Source of the DNA: Vicugna vicugna
Lineage: Eukaryota
Length of the DNA stretch: 60,000 nt
Assembly (NCBI GenBank): GCA_013265495.1
Contig: MU058714.1
Span: forward strand, 1,614,001 to 1,674,000
Direction of reading: 5' to 3'
Positions 48,104-60,000 of this stretch are shown one piece after another. A model generated the notes under the pieces. The model made no database searches. It saw only the letters and a list, made by a program, of their open reading frames with translations, and was not told where the DNA came from. Numbering within the stretch: the first letter of the stretch is position 1; each line of letters opens with the position of its first letter. The position numbers and the translations under genes are program-made.

Positions 48104-51100
48104 ATGCCCCGCCTCCAGCCATGCTGCCCCCACCTGCTGCTGCTGCTGCTGCTGGCCTGGCAGGTGAGCGCTGCCCTTAGCCCCCCTGCCCAGCCCCCAG
48201 GCTCCTACCAGCCTGCCTGCCCCTCGAGCGATGCCGGTCTGTCCCCTGTTCGCCCACCTGTGCCCCCAGCCACAGGCCCCCTCCGCTCAGGTGATGGACT
48301 TCCTGTTTGAGAAGTGGAAGCTCTACGGGGACCAGTGTCTCTACAACCTGAGCCTACTGCCCCCACCCACGGGTGAGCCCCGCCGCCTGCCCCGTCCAGA
48401 AGCATTTACTGGGCTCTGGTCATGGGAAAGCCCTGTTCCCCCCTCCCCCCATTTACAGTTGAAGAAACTGAGCCACAGAGAGGTTAGTGACTGGCCCAGG
48501 ACCACATACCAGGATGTTTAGAAAATGGTAGAACTGACCCAGAATTGGGGTGCTTTGCCACCTCCCCTGCTGCTGGGCGCCCCCAGGTCTGGGCTAGACA
48601 CCATCTTTGCTCCCGTGGAGCTCGAGGCCCAGTGGGCACACAGTGTTGGGAGGGAGAGGGGGAGGGAGGGAGGTGGGCAGGAGGTGTGAGCCCCAGAGCT
48701 GGTGGTGGATCCAGAAGGATGCCCACAGAATCAGGGTTCAGCTTCCCGAGAGGACACTCGGGAGAGGGGAGACCCTGGGTGGAGGCGCAGGGTGTCTGAG
48801 GGGACGTGGCTGGGCAGAACTGGGGCTCAGGACCAGGCTGGACGGTCAGAGAGACCTGGGGGCTGCATGCGGGGAGCGACCCTGTCCCCACCTCTGCAGA
48901 GCTCGTCTGTAACAGAACGTTTGACAAGTATTCCTGCTGGCCGGACACCCCTCCCAACACCACGGCCAACATCTCCTGCCCCTGGTACCTGCCCTGGCAC
49001 CGCAAAGGTAACCACAGTGGGGGTGTGGGGGGTCGGCTGAGAGGACCCAGCCCGGGAGTGGGGTGCTGACCACAGCCTTTCCCCCAGTGCAGCACCGCTT
49101 CGTCTTCAAGAGGTGTGGGCCCGACGGGCAGTGGGTGCGCGGGCCTCGGGGGCAGCCGTGGCGGAATGCCTCCCAGTGCCAGGTGGATGACGAGGAGCTC
49201 GCGGTCCAGGTCAGTTGCGGGCGCGTGCAGCGGGGACGGGCGGGCGGCGCGCACGCGGCCCTGAATGGCGCTGCTATTTGCAGAAGGAGGCGGCCCAGAT
49301 GTACAGCAGCTTCCAGGTGATGTACACGGTGGGGTACTCCCTCTCCCTGGGGGCCCTGCTCCTGGCCCTGGCCGTCCTGCTGGGCCTCAGGTACGCCCGG
49401 CGCCTGGCGCCCCGGGGGTGGGGGCCACAGCGGGCAGGGGCTGACTCGCGGTCCCCGCAGCAAGCTGCACTGTACCCGGAACTACATCCACGTGAACCTG
49501 TTCATGTCCTTCGTGCTCAAGGCCAGCTCCGTGCTGGCCATCGACGCGCTGCTCAACACCCGCTACAGCCAGCGGATCGGGGACGACCTCAGCGTGAGCG
49601 TCTGGCTGAGTGACGGGGTGAGCGCCCGGGCCCGGCATCCCGACCCCGACCCCAGCCCCGGGTGGCAGGCGGCTGTGAGGCCCGCACTCATACTGTCCCT
49701 GTGGCCAGGCGGTGGCCGGCTGCCGGGTGGCCGCGGTGTTCATGCAGTACGGAGTCGTGGCCAACTACTGCTGGCTGCTGGTGGAGGGCCTGTACCTGCA
49801 CGGCCTGCTGGGCCTCGCCGCCGCCCCCGGGAGGAGCTGCTTCGGCCTTTACCTGGGCATCGGCTGGGGTGAGCGGGCCGGCCAGGGGTGGGTGCAGGCC
49901 GGCCAAGGCCGGGGACCACAGCTGTTCTCCCCCGTAGGTGCCCCCATGCTGTTCGTCATCCCCTGGGCGGTGGTCAAGTGTCTGTTCGAGAACATCCAGT
50001 GAGTGTGAGCTGCCCGGAGGTCGGGCCGGCTGGGGGCTCGCGGCTCCTGGCCCGTGGGGAGTAGCCGTGCGGCTCAGTGCACGTGGCAGCCAGGGTAGGG
50101 GTCTCTGGCCAGAGGCAGTGGGGGGCAGTAAGCAAACCTGATGCCCGGGCTGGAGGTCCCTCCTAATCTTCTCCCTTTCCTGAGGCACTAATTAGATCCC
50201 CACCGTCAGGGGGTGTGGGGCTGGGGGGCTGGGAGGCTTCCTGACAGGAGCCAGCCCTGCCCTGCAGGTGCTGGACCAGCAACGACAACATGGCCTTCTG
50301 GTGGATCCTGCGCTTCCCCGTCTTCCTGGCCATCCTGGTGAGGAAGGGAGGCACCTGCTGGCACTGTGGGGAGGGGGCAGGGTTGGGAGGCTGCTGGAGT
50401 TGGGCCCCCAGCCCCTTCTGTCCTCGTTGGCGCTAGGAGACAGCATCCTGCCTGGGTGGACAGGGAGGGAGGCCCTGGCAATGAGCCAGGACACTGGCTA
50501 GTGCCCTGGACTTTGGGCCAGGCTTCCCATCCTTGGTGGGCGCCCACCACCCCAGGGCCCCAGGAGCCAGGCCCCACCTGGGCTGCCAGGCCCACCTCCA
50601 GGAGGGACAGACAGGGGGCGGGGGCCGCCCTAAGTTGTGACCTCCACACGCAGATCAACTTCTTCATCTTTATCCGCATTCTTCATGTCCTGGTGGCCAA
50701 GCTGCGAGCCCACCAGATGCGCTACACTGACTACAAACTCCGGTGGGTGTGACGGTCAGGCGGCTTGCAGACCCGGAGACGCCTGGGGGCCAGAGCGGGG
50801 GTGGGGGCAGGGGTGGGGCATCAGTGCTCTGGGGTGGGGCGGGGCCAAGTGGCTCAGGCTCTGCCCCCACAGGCTGGCCAAGTCCACGCTGACCCTCATC
50901 CCCCTGCTGGGGGTCCACGAGGTGGTGTTCGCCTTCGTGACTGACGAGCATGCCCAGGGTGCCCTGCGCTCCACCAAGCTCTTCTTCGACCTCTTCCTCA
51001 GCTCCTTCCAGGTGCCTGCCCCCCCATAATGGCCTGACCCCCTGCCTAGCCCAGGCACTGCCCTGACCCCTCCTCTCTCCAGGGCCTGCTGGTGGCTGTC

Positions 51101-51691
51101 CTCTACTGTTTCCTCAACAAGGAGGTAGGTGGGGGGCTGGGGTCAGAGGGGAGTGGGGATGCCAGGCCCCGCCCCTGCGCCACGAACCCTTCCCGTTCAC
51201 TTGTACTCAACGGGCTCGGCTGCCTTGATGCTGGGTGACAGGCCTGCCGAGACAGGTCAGCCTCAGCCCATCCTCAGGGTGTAGCATGAGGGGGTCCCCA
51301 GACGCCCACAGCCCCCAGCCTTCCACGGTGACAGAGCCCGCCTGGCTCCACACTCAGGGTGCCACAGGGCCCTACGAGGCTAGGAGGTTGGAGGTTGGGG
51401 ATGCTGGGAGGTGGCACAGGCCGGCCCTGGGACAGGACCCACCCGCCTGCCCGCCCGCCCCAGGTGCAGTCGGAGCTGCTGCGGCGCTGGCACCGCTGGC
51501 GCGAGGGCAAAGCCCTGCATGACGAGCGCCACATGGGCGGTGGCCACATGGCCCAGCCTGCCCGCGGGCCCCCCAGCCAGAAGCTGTTGCTCTCAAGGGG
51601 TGGTGGCAGCAGCAATGGGACCAGCCAGGACCCCTCTGCAGAGACCTGCTTGGCTGGCGGCCTCCCTGGATTGGCCGAGAGCCCCTTCTGA
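48104..51691 (+). CDS. GCGR: Glucagon receptor (class B1 GPCR), 481 aa
   Basis: Coding exons 48104-48163, 48270-48372, 48900-49007, 49088-49209, 49284-49390, 49461-49617, 49709-49868, 49938-49998, 50268-50337, 50654-50742, 50873-51011, 51083-51124, 51464-51691 total 1446 nt, all GT-AG. Signal peptide, [89 protein letters not shown]. Exon 2 probably starts at 47892. Confidence 0.97.
48440..48545 (-). mobile_element. MIR SINE fragment in a GCGR intron
   Basis: cccatttacagttgaagaaactgagccacagagaggttagtgactggcccaggaccaca is the antisense MIR core. Confidence 0.7.
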
Positions 51692-51958
51692 AGCCCCCTG
51701 GATCTCCAGCCGGGGCTGGACTCAGGCGCTCAGGAAGGGAATTGCCGGACAACCCAGAACCAATGCCTGGAGGAGGCTGGAGGCGTGGGAGCCAGACAGT
51801 GGTCCCCCTCCATCCACACGTTCCCCGGTGTCGTGGCCCGGGGGGCACCTGCTTTGTGCCCAGGGCTGGAGAATGGACCGTGGTGGGGACACTGTTCTGT
51901 GAATGCATGCCGTGTCCCCGTGTGTCTCCAATATTAGAGGAGACGCAGGTCCTCCAAT

Positions 51959-51964
51959 AATAAA
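51959..51964 (+). terminator. GCGR: GCGR polyadenylation signal AATAAA
   Basis: AATAATAAA about 270 nt after the stop codon. Confidence 0.8.
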
Positions 51965-54900
51965 GAGCCCCCTGCACACCTGGCGGAGCGCAGGGCTGGA
52001 GGAGAGGGGCCACCGGGCCTGGCACCAGGTGAGAAGGGAGCAGTCGTGGACCGGCCTGCACTGGTGTGTTCCCTCGGGACCTCTCCTCATTGCCCCGTCG
52101 TACAGGTACATTGGAGATGGAACCTTGGGTTGTGTGTGAGGGGTGGCCTGCGATGCCCCACCAGCACATGGCGTCCGCACCGGAACAGGTTCTAGCCACC
52201 CTCCCACCCCAGTGCAGGTGGGCTTACCCCCACCCCGGGCCTGGGTGGACGTCCCTGCTTAGACATGCTCCCCAACCCCTGGAGTGTCACCATTCACCAG
52301 CAGAGGGACAGGAATGGGGCCGATAATGGAGGGAGGCCACAGACATCACAGCCCCCTACCAACCCCACATGAGCACCGCTGGCCCACCTAGAGCCACAGC
52401 CAGGGCTGCAGTCAGGCCCAGCAGGGGCATCACTGGGCAGTCCAGAACCGGATGTCCTCTACCAGCTTCTGCTTCATCCCTGCTCTAGCCACCCCAGCCA
52501 TGCTGAGGCCACGTAGCCGGCTGCAGTGGGGAGGGGTGGACCCCTGAAACTGAAACTGTCCAAGTGAAGGCACAGCCCGACACAGCCCCACCTCACAAGG
52601 TGACTGCCGCCCTTGCTGCACCAGGCATGTGTGGAAGGGCAGCTGTGCACAGCGAGGGTGCCGTCCACACGTGGTGCGTGGGTGCCCCGCTCGGCAGGCC
52701 GTGAGGGCCTCTTACTGGGGAAGCACTGAGTGCCGGACGCAGGAGCCAGGCAGTGCGCTGGGTGGGGACCCCCATTGCCTGGGGTGCTCTCTGACTCCAA
52801 GCTGCCCTCTGCGGGACAGTGTGTCTGACACAGAGGGTGGAGGCACGTGCAGGGCGGGAGCCCAGCGCTGACTGGTCACCTCTCTGGAGCCCCGCCCGGG
52901 ACAGTGCCGGATGCCTGCTGGGGGCATGCATGGAGAGGAGAGGACCAGGACAGCCATCGAAGGAGGAAGGGGCCGCAGGAGCCTCGAACACAAGCCCAAC
53001 AGGCCAGCCAGGTGTCCCTGCTCCGAGGAGCTGGTGGGTGGTGACGGCAGGGCCCTGGAGGAGGGGGTGTCCACGGCCACGTGGGCTGGAGCAGCTCAAG
53101 TGGAGCCAGGCTAACTGGAGCAAATGAAAGGACAGGAGGCCTCTTGGGAAAGGTAAATAGAATTACTCACCTGCCAGGCACTGGGGCCTTCAGAGGGGCC
53201 CTCATCCCATGTTCACTGCAGACCCAGATGGGGCAGGCGGGGCGGGAGGCATTAGGGGAGACTGGGCTCTCCTGTGGCCAGGACAGCCCTGCGGGGCCTC
53301 CAGGTGGGATGTGTGCGGTATTGCTGTGACTGGTGGGGGCTGCGGGGCAGAGAGGCCAGCAGCTGGCTGCACCTCTGAGCTTGAGGCTTCAGGCCACTTC
53401 TTGTCCCAGACCCCCCAGGCTCCGACATTCCTCTGAGCCCCTGCCCACAGGGGCACCCCTGCCAGCCCTCCACCCCCAGCAGCCTTGTGGGCACAAGCTA
53501 GCACAGGAGGGCACCAGGTCTCCTTCACGCAGGCTGAGCTCAGGGCTGGTGACTGCCTTGGGGGGGGGTGACGCTCACCTAGGGGACTCCTGACTGCCCT
53601 CCCCATCCCAATTCCCTCTGCCCTTGTCCTCCTTCACCCTGTCCCTGTCCCCGAGGGAACTGGAGCAGGCCGGTGGAGTCAGGGGTGGAGGCTGAGGCTG
53701 GCAGGGGCTGGGCTCAGCCAGCCAATAAACTCTGGCTCTGAGCAGGTGGGGTGAAGGGGGTGTGGGTGGGGGAGCCCACCATCCACCTCAGGGCCCAGCG
53801 CCCTCACAGTATCACTCTCCATCCAGAAAGGCAACAGCCCAGGCCCTCTGCCCCTCCCCCACCGCTGCTTCCCTTCCCACTTCCACCCCAGGCCTTGCCG
53901 CGGGCCCCTCCCCGAAAGAACGCATGGAGCTGCCTAGCACGCGTGTGTGCCCGTGCACCCCCAGACACATGCTATTAAAATGAGTGTGGAGACCAAAGAG
54001 GAGGAAAACACAGACTGCAATAAACAGGGACCAAACCTAGCAGAGCGGAGGGGCCTCCCCAGACGGCAGCTGCGTGCCAGGCAGGGTGGCACTCCCACCG
54101 CGGGGAGGGGCCTCAAGCAGGGCAGGGGGTTACAGGAGACACGCCCTCGAGGGGATCGCAGCAACTGAACATGCCCGGAGACTTAGAGGACCTGGTGGAG
54201 CGTTCAGGACTTAGTACACAGGAAACCAAACAAATCAGAAGAGAGAACAGTAACTCCGAAGAAAACACGAAGTTGGGGAGAAAAGAAAAACCAAACACAG
54301 TTTACCACACGGCTCAGCTCTAGAGATGCCACGATGTGAGTACTCAACAGCGACACAGTGAGAGGACCGTCCAGAGAGTGGCGCGTGGCGGGAGCACACG
54401 CGTGGAGCAGGGGAGAGGAGGATGACACGGGAAGATTGAGAGGCAGCCGTTCACGCACGCTATTTAGACACAGAAACTCAAACCAAAGACTCGGCGGAGA
54501 GTGGCTGCCTCCAGGTGCGGGGCGGGAGAAGGCGAGGGCTGCAACCCGCTGACCCCTCTGAGCTGCCCGTCCTCCTCTGGGCGCCCAGGAGCCAGAGCGA
54601 CCCCCCTGCATCCTCAGCCTCCGCACCTCCCTCAGTTCACGGAAACGCCGGGGACGGGGAGCCTGTCAGCTCTGCCAGGACGCAGCCAGCCCAGCCCAGC
54701 ACTTGGGAAACCCCATCTTCAAGTTCCCAGGGGCGTCAGTCACAACTGGAAGGAAAACGCGGGGAGAGCTAGTGGGGCTGAGACTTCAGAGACGTCGAGC
54801 AGATGCAGGCAGCGTGCTTGGCCTTTCCAGCCTGAGTCCCTGCCCTGAGTGGACTGTTATCCTAGACACTAGGGGACGGTGGACTGGGTATTAGCTGCCA

Positions 54901-55141
54901 CCAGGGAACTGCCCTTCGTGCTCAACACCCGTGGATGTGCGCAAAGTACGTGTTCAGTATTTAATGAACTCAAATTGTGATAAAAATGAAAGCTTAAGAA
55001 TCAGAAGGTTAGTCTCTTTCAGGTCACTGATTCTTCATTTGTAAGATCAGGGTAATGAAAATTTCCCATAGTTGTCAGCAGTGAACGAAAGCAGTGACGT
55101 GTGCACCGTGCAGCGTGGGATGTGATGGAGGAGTGGGTACT

Positions 55142-56641
55142 CCACCCCCGAGGGCCCCGGGCTGCAGAGCGACACACCACCTCCAGGACCTCCGCCTCCC
55201 ACCGCCCCCCAGGAGGCCCAGGCCCCCGGCACCCCAACCTCCCCGCCCTCCCTGCATGAAGGGAAGGGTTCCGTCTCCGCCCCAGCACAGCCTAGTTACC
55301 CACGTTCCCTGCTCCAGGGTGTTCGCAGCCAAGACCCCAGGCCTGGAGCCTCTGTCTCACAGAAGTCTAAGTTGGCAGGGACAGCGGGAGTGACGAGGCC
55401 TTGAGGGGTGTCCTGTGGGCCCGCTCACTCCAGGGTAAGGCCCAGGCTTAGAGCAACCACCACCAGTGCATGAGGCCAGGGAGGGTGGCAGGGGAGATCA
55501 GATGCAGGGGCCCACTGTGGCCCAAAGGGAGCTGAGGGCAGGCGCCCCACTCCCGCCTTCCGGCCCCAAAGGACAGGGGAATAACCCTGAGAGGATCTGG
55601 AGCAAAGTCAGGTGGACTTTTAACTAACGCCTCAAGGTATCAGACATTTCCCAGGGCGCTGCCAGGGGCCCGAGACCTTTCCAGGGAGGGTCCTCTGAGC
55701 ACTGCAGCCCACACCCTCACCTTACAGACGGGGAAACCGAGATGGGACAGCCTGTGACACGCCTGAGGGCTCACAGCAAGGCCAGGATGGCGACCACCAC
55801 AGTGCAGACGTCCAGGTCCCCAAGGTCTCATGGGCTGAGGGCCCTGCTCGCATACTACAGGGTGGCTGACGGTGGCAGCGGGGCAGCCACCCAGGAGGCA
55901 GCCACCAACCTCCACTTGAGGAGACAGGTGTGGAGACTCGGCAACTTGCACAAGGCTGCACCAGCAGCAGTGGCCAGGCCGGGCGTAGCTCCCCCACCCT
56001 CTAGATGGGGTCTCATTCTCACAGGACCTCTGCTGGCCGGTGGCCCCATCCTCAGTGGTCGAGGACATGCTGCCTAGGGGAAACGGGCACTGGTGTAGTC
56101 ACGCAGCCTGTGACACAGCCCTGGCCTGCCCACTCCATCCCAGCCACAGACAGTCGGGGGCGGGGGTCAGCTGCTCAAGTGACCTGCCGAGCAGGCACTC
56201 AAGCCCCCAGCAGGACGCCCCACAGGTCCCCAGGGAGCACACAGGTCTGTGTGGCTACAGGAACTTGGCTCTGGGCCCGGCACCAGGCCACAGCTGCTGT
56301 TACCACGGGAACCATCCTTCCTGCCTGCCCGCCTGTCCCCGGGGACCCCAACCCCCAGGAGAAGAGGTTTCCCAGAGCTGCCTGTAGGGCCACTGGAGCC
56401 CCAGAATACTCCAGGGAAAGGGTGCTCCTGAAACAACTTCTGGTGGCTTGTCTCTGGCCCCCAGGGTGTGCCCAGGTCTGAAGGTTGATATACCTGGGGC
56501 TCTGGTTCCCGGCAGCCCCTCTTCAATACCTGGACAGCGGAGCAGCCACCCCCGAGGGCCCAGGGCTGCAGAGCGACACATCACCCCCAGGGCCTCCACC
56601 TCCACTGCCCACCGCCCCCCCGGAGGCCCGAGCCCCCGGCA
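55142..56641 (+). repeat. Dispersed direct repeat of about 90-96 bp: copies at 55142-55231 and 56546-56641
   Basis: Both copies read ccacccccgagggccc[c/a]gggctgcagagcgacaca[c/t]cacc..cagg.cctcc.cctcc...ccaccgcccccc..gaggccc..gcccccggca. Confidence 0.85.
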
Positions 56642-56762
56642 AGGCCCAAGGAGCAGACGCAAGTTCTGGGCCTTGACCATGAACTTGGATTTCCCGTCCT
56701 GCGTGGACAGCCGGGACAGGGGCCTCACCACTGCCAAGAGGCCGAACCAATGCCATCTCGCC

Positions 56763-56768
56763 TTTATT
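56763..56768 (-). terminator. MCRIP1: MCRIP1 polyadenylation signal (AATAAA on minus strand)
   Basis: TTTATT on the plus strand about 825 nt beyond the MCRIP1 stop codon. Confidence 0.75.
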
Positions 56769-57591
56769 CACTGGTCCTCAGGTTCCAGTCACAGACACTT
56801 GGATTTGCAGGGCACAGGAAGAACAAGTGGCCCTGAAAATCCTCCCAGCTCACTGTACGGAGCAGGACACACTGGGCGGCCTCACCAGCTCAGGGCAGCC
56901 CCATGCCCTTCCCAAGGTGGGGCTGGGCCTGGCTGCCCAGGACCCTTGGAGGGGGTGCCTAGCAGTGTCCCCGGCTGGGAGATCTGGTGCCATCCGGAAG
57001 CTGACACAGGGAAGGAAGGGGCCCGGCTGGACAGGGTCTGGGGGGGCCAGATGCTCCCTGCGTCCAGGCCAGAGAAGCAGCAAGGGTCAGTGGGGAACCC
57101 ACGTGGGGCTCGGATGGGATAGCCCTTGTCCTGTCTCCTGGACACCTCAGGGACAAACCCAGCCCACTCCCACCAGCACAGAAGACAACAGAGGCCCCTT
57201 CATCTCCTTCCTGATCCTACAAGTGGCCAGGGGTAGGGGGTAGGGGCAGGGAAAGGTGGTGGGAAAGGGGAGGGAGCTCAGGGTCAAGGTCCTGGGGGGC
57301 AGGCAGGGCCAGGCAGCTCCAAAGATGCAGCCAGGCCCAGGGGAGGGCAGGGGCTGGCAAGGCCAAGCCCTCCTAGTGACAGGGGCAGCTTGAGATCCCC
57401 CAAGAGAAAAGGAGGGGGCTTGGGGAGGAGGGGAAGGCCTCGGCCGTCAATCTTGCCTGTCCTGGTCCTGGGGTTTTCAGCCCACTGGGAGCAAGGCCTC
57501 CTCCCCTCCCAGGAGCTGGGCCCACAGGAGAGGAGGTCCCGGCAGCAGGCGGCACCCAGATCTCCCAGAGGCCAGGGGAGGGCCCGGCGCT

Positions 57592-58663
57592 CTAGGACTT
57601 CTTGGCGTCCTGCGTGTTCCGGCGCTTCAGGTCGCTCAGGTCGATGGGCTTGAAGGCTGCCGGGCAACAGAGTGCTCAGCGGTGGCCGCAGGTGGGGAGA
57701 CAGGGTCCCCCCTCGTCGTGCCCCTGCCTCTGAACGTCCTGGGACCCAGCCCACTCCCAAGCCCTGCCCCTGGCCGGGCCTCTCCCTCCTAGGCCGGCCC
57801 CCCCACTCACTCTTCAGGCTGGGGTTAGGGACCTTCTCCACGTACTCCTCCACCAGGCCCCGCTCGCTGCCTGACATCTGGCTGCGCAGGTCTCGCTCCA
57901 CACCCTGCCAGGCTGCGGGAAGCAGGGCAGTCAGAACCCCCAGCCCATCAGGCCGACGGCCCAGTCCTACCTGTCCCTCTTCTCAGAGAGGCCCTGCAGC
58001 CCCTGCCCGCTCTTGACCTAAAGTTGCCCGCTGCACATCCCCGGTCCCTCGGCGAGCCCTGCCTGGACCTCACCCCTTGCAGCCACGTGACCCCGTGGCA
58101 CCGTGACCAGTGCTGCCGTCACAGAGGCACGGGTGACCCACTGGGGAACAGCGCATCTTCCTCTAGGCCAGCCCACATCTTTCCCGCCTCCTCCACCCAC
58201 CACGTCCCGGCACAAAGGTCATGCACACGTGCTCACACACTCCAGCCATGCCGCTTCTGGGACAGCCCCGGGTCCCCCCATCTGTCTTCCGCGTGGCCCC
58301 CCTCCCTGCACAAACATGAAAGGCTGAGAACGCCACCTCCTCCGGAGTGCTGGCTGCCAGACCCCCAGGACCAGGAATGGGTCTCCTCACCAGACAGTCC
58401 CGCCCAGGCCCGGAAGGCTGGGGGGAGAGTGAGGGTGGCGCCCGCGCACCTTCGTAGATGAAGCGCACATTCTCCTCATGGGCTGGGGTGAAGATCTCGC
58501 TGCTGCTGGGGGGGGAGCGGGGGCTGCTGTTCCTCTTGCCGTTGTAGACAACTCTGGAGACAGGGGAGCTGGGGGAGCCCAGCCCGTCAGGGGAGAGGGG
58601 AGCGGGGAGCGGGGGGCGGCCCCACCCCCAGGCCACTCCGCTGCCTGAGACTCACCTGGTCAT
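57592..58663 (-). CDS. MCRIP1: MAPK-regulated corepressor-interacting protein 1 (FAM195B), 97 aa
   Basis: Minus-strand coding exons 58663-58656, 58568-58450, 57912-57811, 57656-57592 total 294 nt with GT-AG introns. Translation MTSSPVSRVVYNGKRNSSPRSPPSSSEIFTPAHEENVRFIYEAWQGVERDL...PNPSLKTFKPIDLSDLKRRNTQDAKKS*, containing the CtBP-binding PxDLS motif. The ATG exon has an acceptor at 58712-58713, so an upstream non-coding exon exists but was not located. Confidence 0.95.
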
Positions 58664-60000
58664 CGCTGGGGTGTCTGATCCTCCTGCTCCGCTGCCGGAT
58701 GCCCTCGGCCTCTGGAAGGGGAAGCCCCACGACACAGGAGTGGGACGGAGGTCACCCTCTCCAGAGGGGCTGCCTCCTCCCTTTAGCTGTGCCCTCCCTG
58801 CCCCTCCCAGGGGACTGGGTCCAGCCACAACCCAGCTGGCTCAGGGTGTGGCAGGGTCAGCTTGATGGGGCCGGGGGGTGGCGATGCAGGACCCGGAGCG
58901 GCCTGGACTCTGGACGGCCCCCGCACTTGGACCACTGCTGCTCAGGGAGCACCTTCCCCGGGGTGGGGCAGCTCTGCTGACACTCCCGGTCCCCGAGGCC
59001 CAGAACAGCCTTCCCGGCGGAGCGTGAGTCTGCGGGGAAGGCGGCAGTCGTCCGGTGCCCTCGCAGCCTGCAGGGCCTGGCTGTTGTTTCCACCAAGCCT
59101 GTTTCTCACCTGTAACATGGGGTGTGCTTCCCAGCGGGAAGCAGCCCAGCAGAGCCTGCCCAGCTTCCTGGTCCCCGAGGCTGTGGTGTGACAGGAGGGC
59201 TGGGGGAGGGCTGTGAGCCGGGAGAAAGCCGCCAGGCCCAACAGAGTGGCGGAGACCCCAGGATGCATTCTGTTTACAGCCTCTGAGCCCAGGGAACTCT
59301 ACAGCCCTGGATGGGGCTCTATTTTTAGGCTTACAAACTGGCCACCTGGCCAGCTTTCCCTCTCTGGCTGAGGACACACACCACAGGGTGAGGACGCTGG
59401 CTGCAGAGGCCCAACCCCAGGCCCGGCCTTGCCCCAGAGCTGGGCACCCCAGGTGCTCCAGGTGTGGGGACCCTGCGAACGGCCTCTGGGCACAAGCACC
59501 TCGGCCACCCACCCCAGGAACGCCGGGCCCCCAGACTGCCCAGAGCAGGTAGCCACAGCCCCTCCCGAAGGCCAGGAGACCGACACATGGTGGGGACTTC
59601 CTCACCGGCAACCTCGGCGTTTAAACACCTGCACAGGTAAACGCAGCGCTCGGACCCAGGTAAGAACAACAAAAAAGCGTAAACGCAGCTTCCTGGAGGC
59701 ACATGTAGCCCTGTGCCCCTCCCAGGCTAGGGGCCCAGCTCCTTGCAAAGGGACTTCTCCTTTCTTGGCTTGGGGAGTTTCGCTGCCCATGGTTCCCCTG
59801 CCCAGGCGCCAGCCCCACAAACACCAGAGTACAGAGGGAAAGCCCTGGGGACACCCATCTCGTGGGGCTGCCAGCAGTGCGGTGAGGCAGGAAGCTCCAA
59901 TTACGCAACAGGAGGGAGGCGCCCGGAGGACCTATGCTGGGCGGCCCCTCCTCACGGCCAGGCTCCCTGCCGTCCTGCAGCCTGTCCTCTGGGACCTGGG

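Noticed and set aside
53720..54030. Extra AATAAA hexamers downstream of GCGR as evidence of another gene
   Set aside because: No upstream exons lead into them. At most they are distal alternative GCGR signals, which cannot be supported from sequence alone.

Overview
This is mammalian genomic DNA, most likely camelid given the many tRNA-Ala-derived vic-1-type SINEs. It is very GC-rich and matches the human 17q25.3 gene order HGS - MRPL12 - SLC25A10 - GCGR - MCRIP1. The window holds the 3' part of HGS (+), complete MRPL12 (+, 198 aa), complete SLC25A10 (+, 287 aa) and complete GCGR (+, 481 aa). It also holds all coding exons of MCRIP1/FAM195B (-, 97 aa), whose first non-coding exon was not located in the window. 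About 25 kb between SLC25A10 and GCGR is repeat-rich: L1 fragments, SINEs, a degenerate U6 copy and an inverted pair of LTR-like elements. All exon boundaries were traced by hand from splice signals and reading frame. I found no wholly new biological system. The best leads are: (1) an apparent precise intron loss in HGS; (2) an architecture permitting MRPL12-SLC25A10 read-through (no canonical PAS, phase-compatible exons); (3) a strong-Kozak out-of-frame uORF overlapping the GCGR start, switchable by an alternative acceptor; (4) a remodelled GCGR intracellular loop 2; and (5) L1 remnants shifted towards GC/CpG. Comparisons to human are from memory and need database confirmation.
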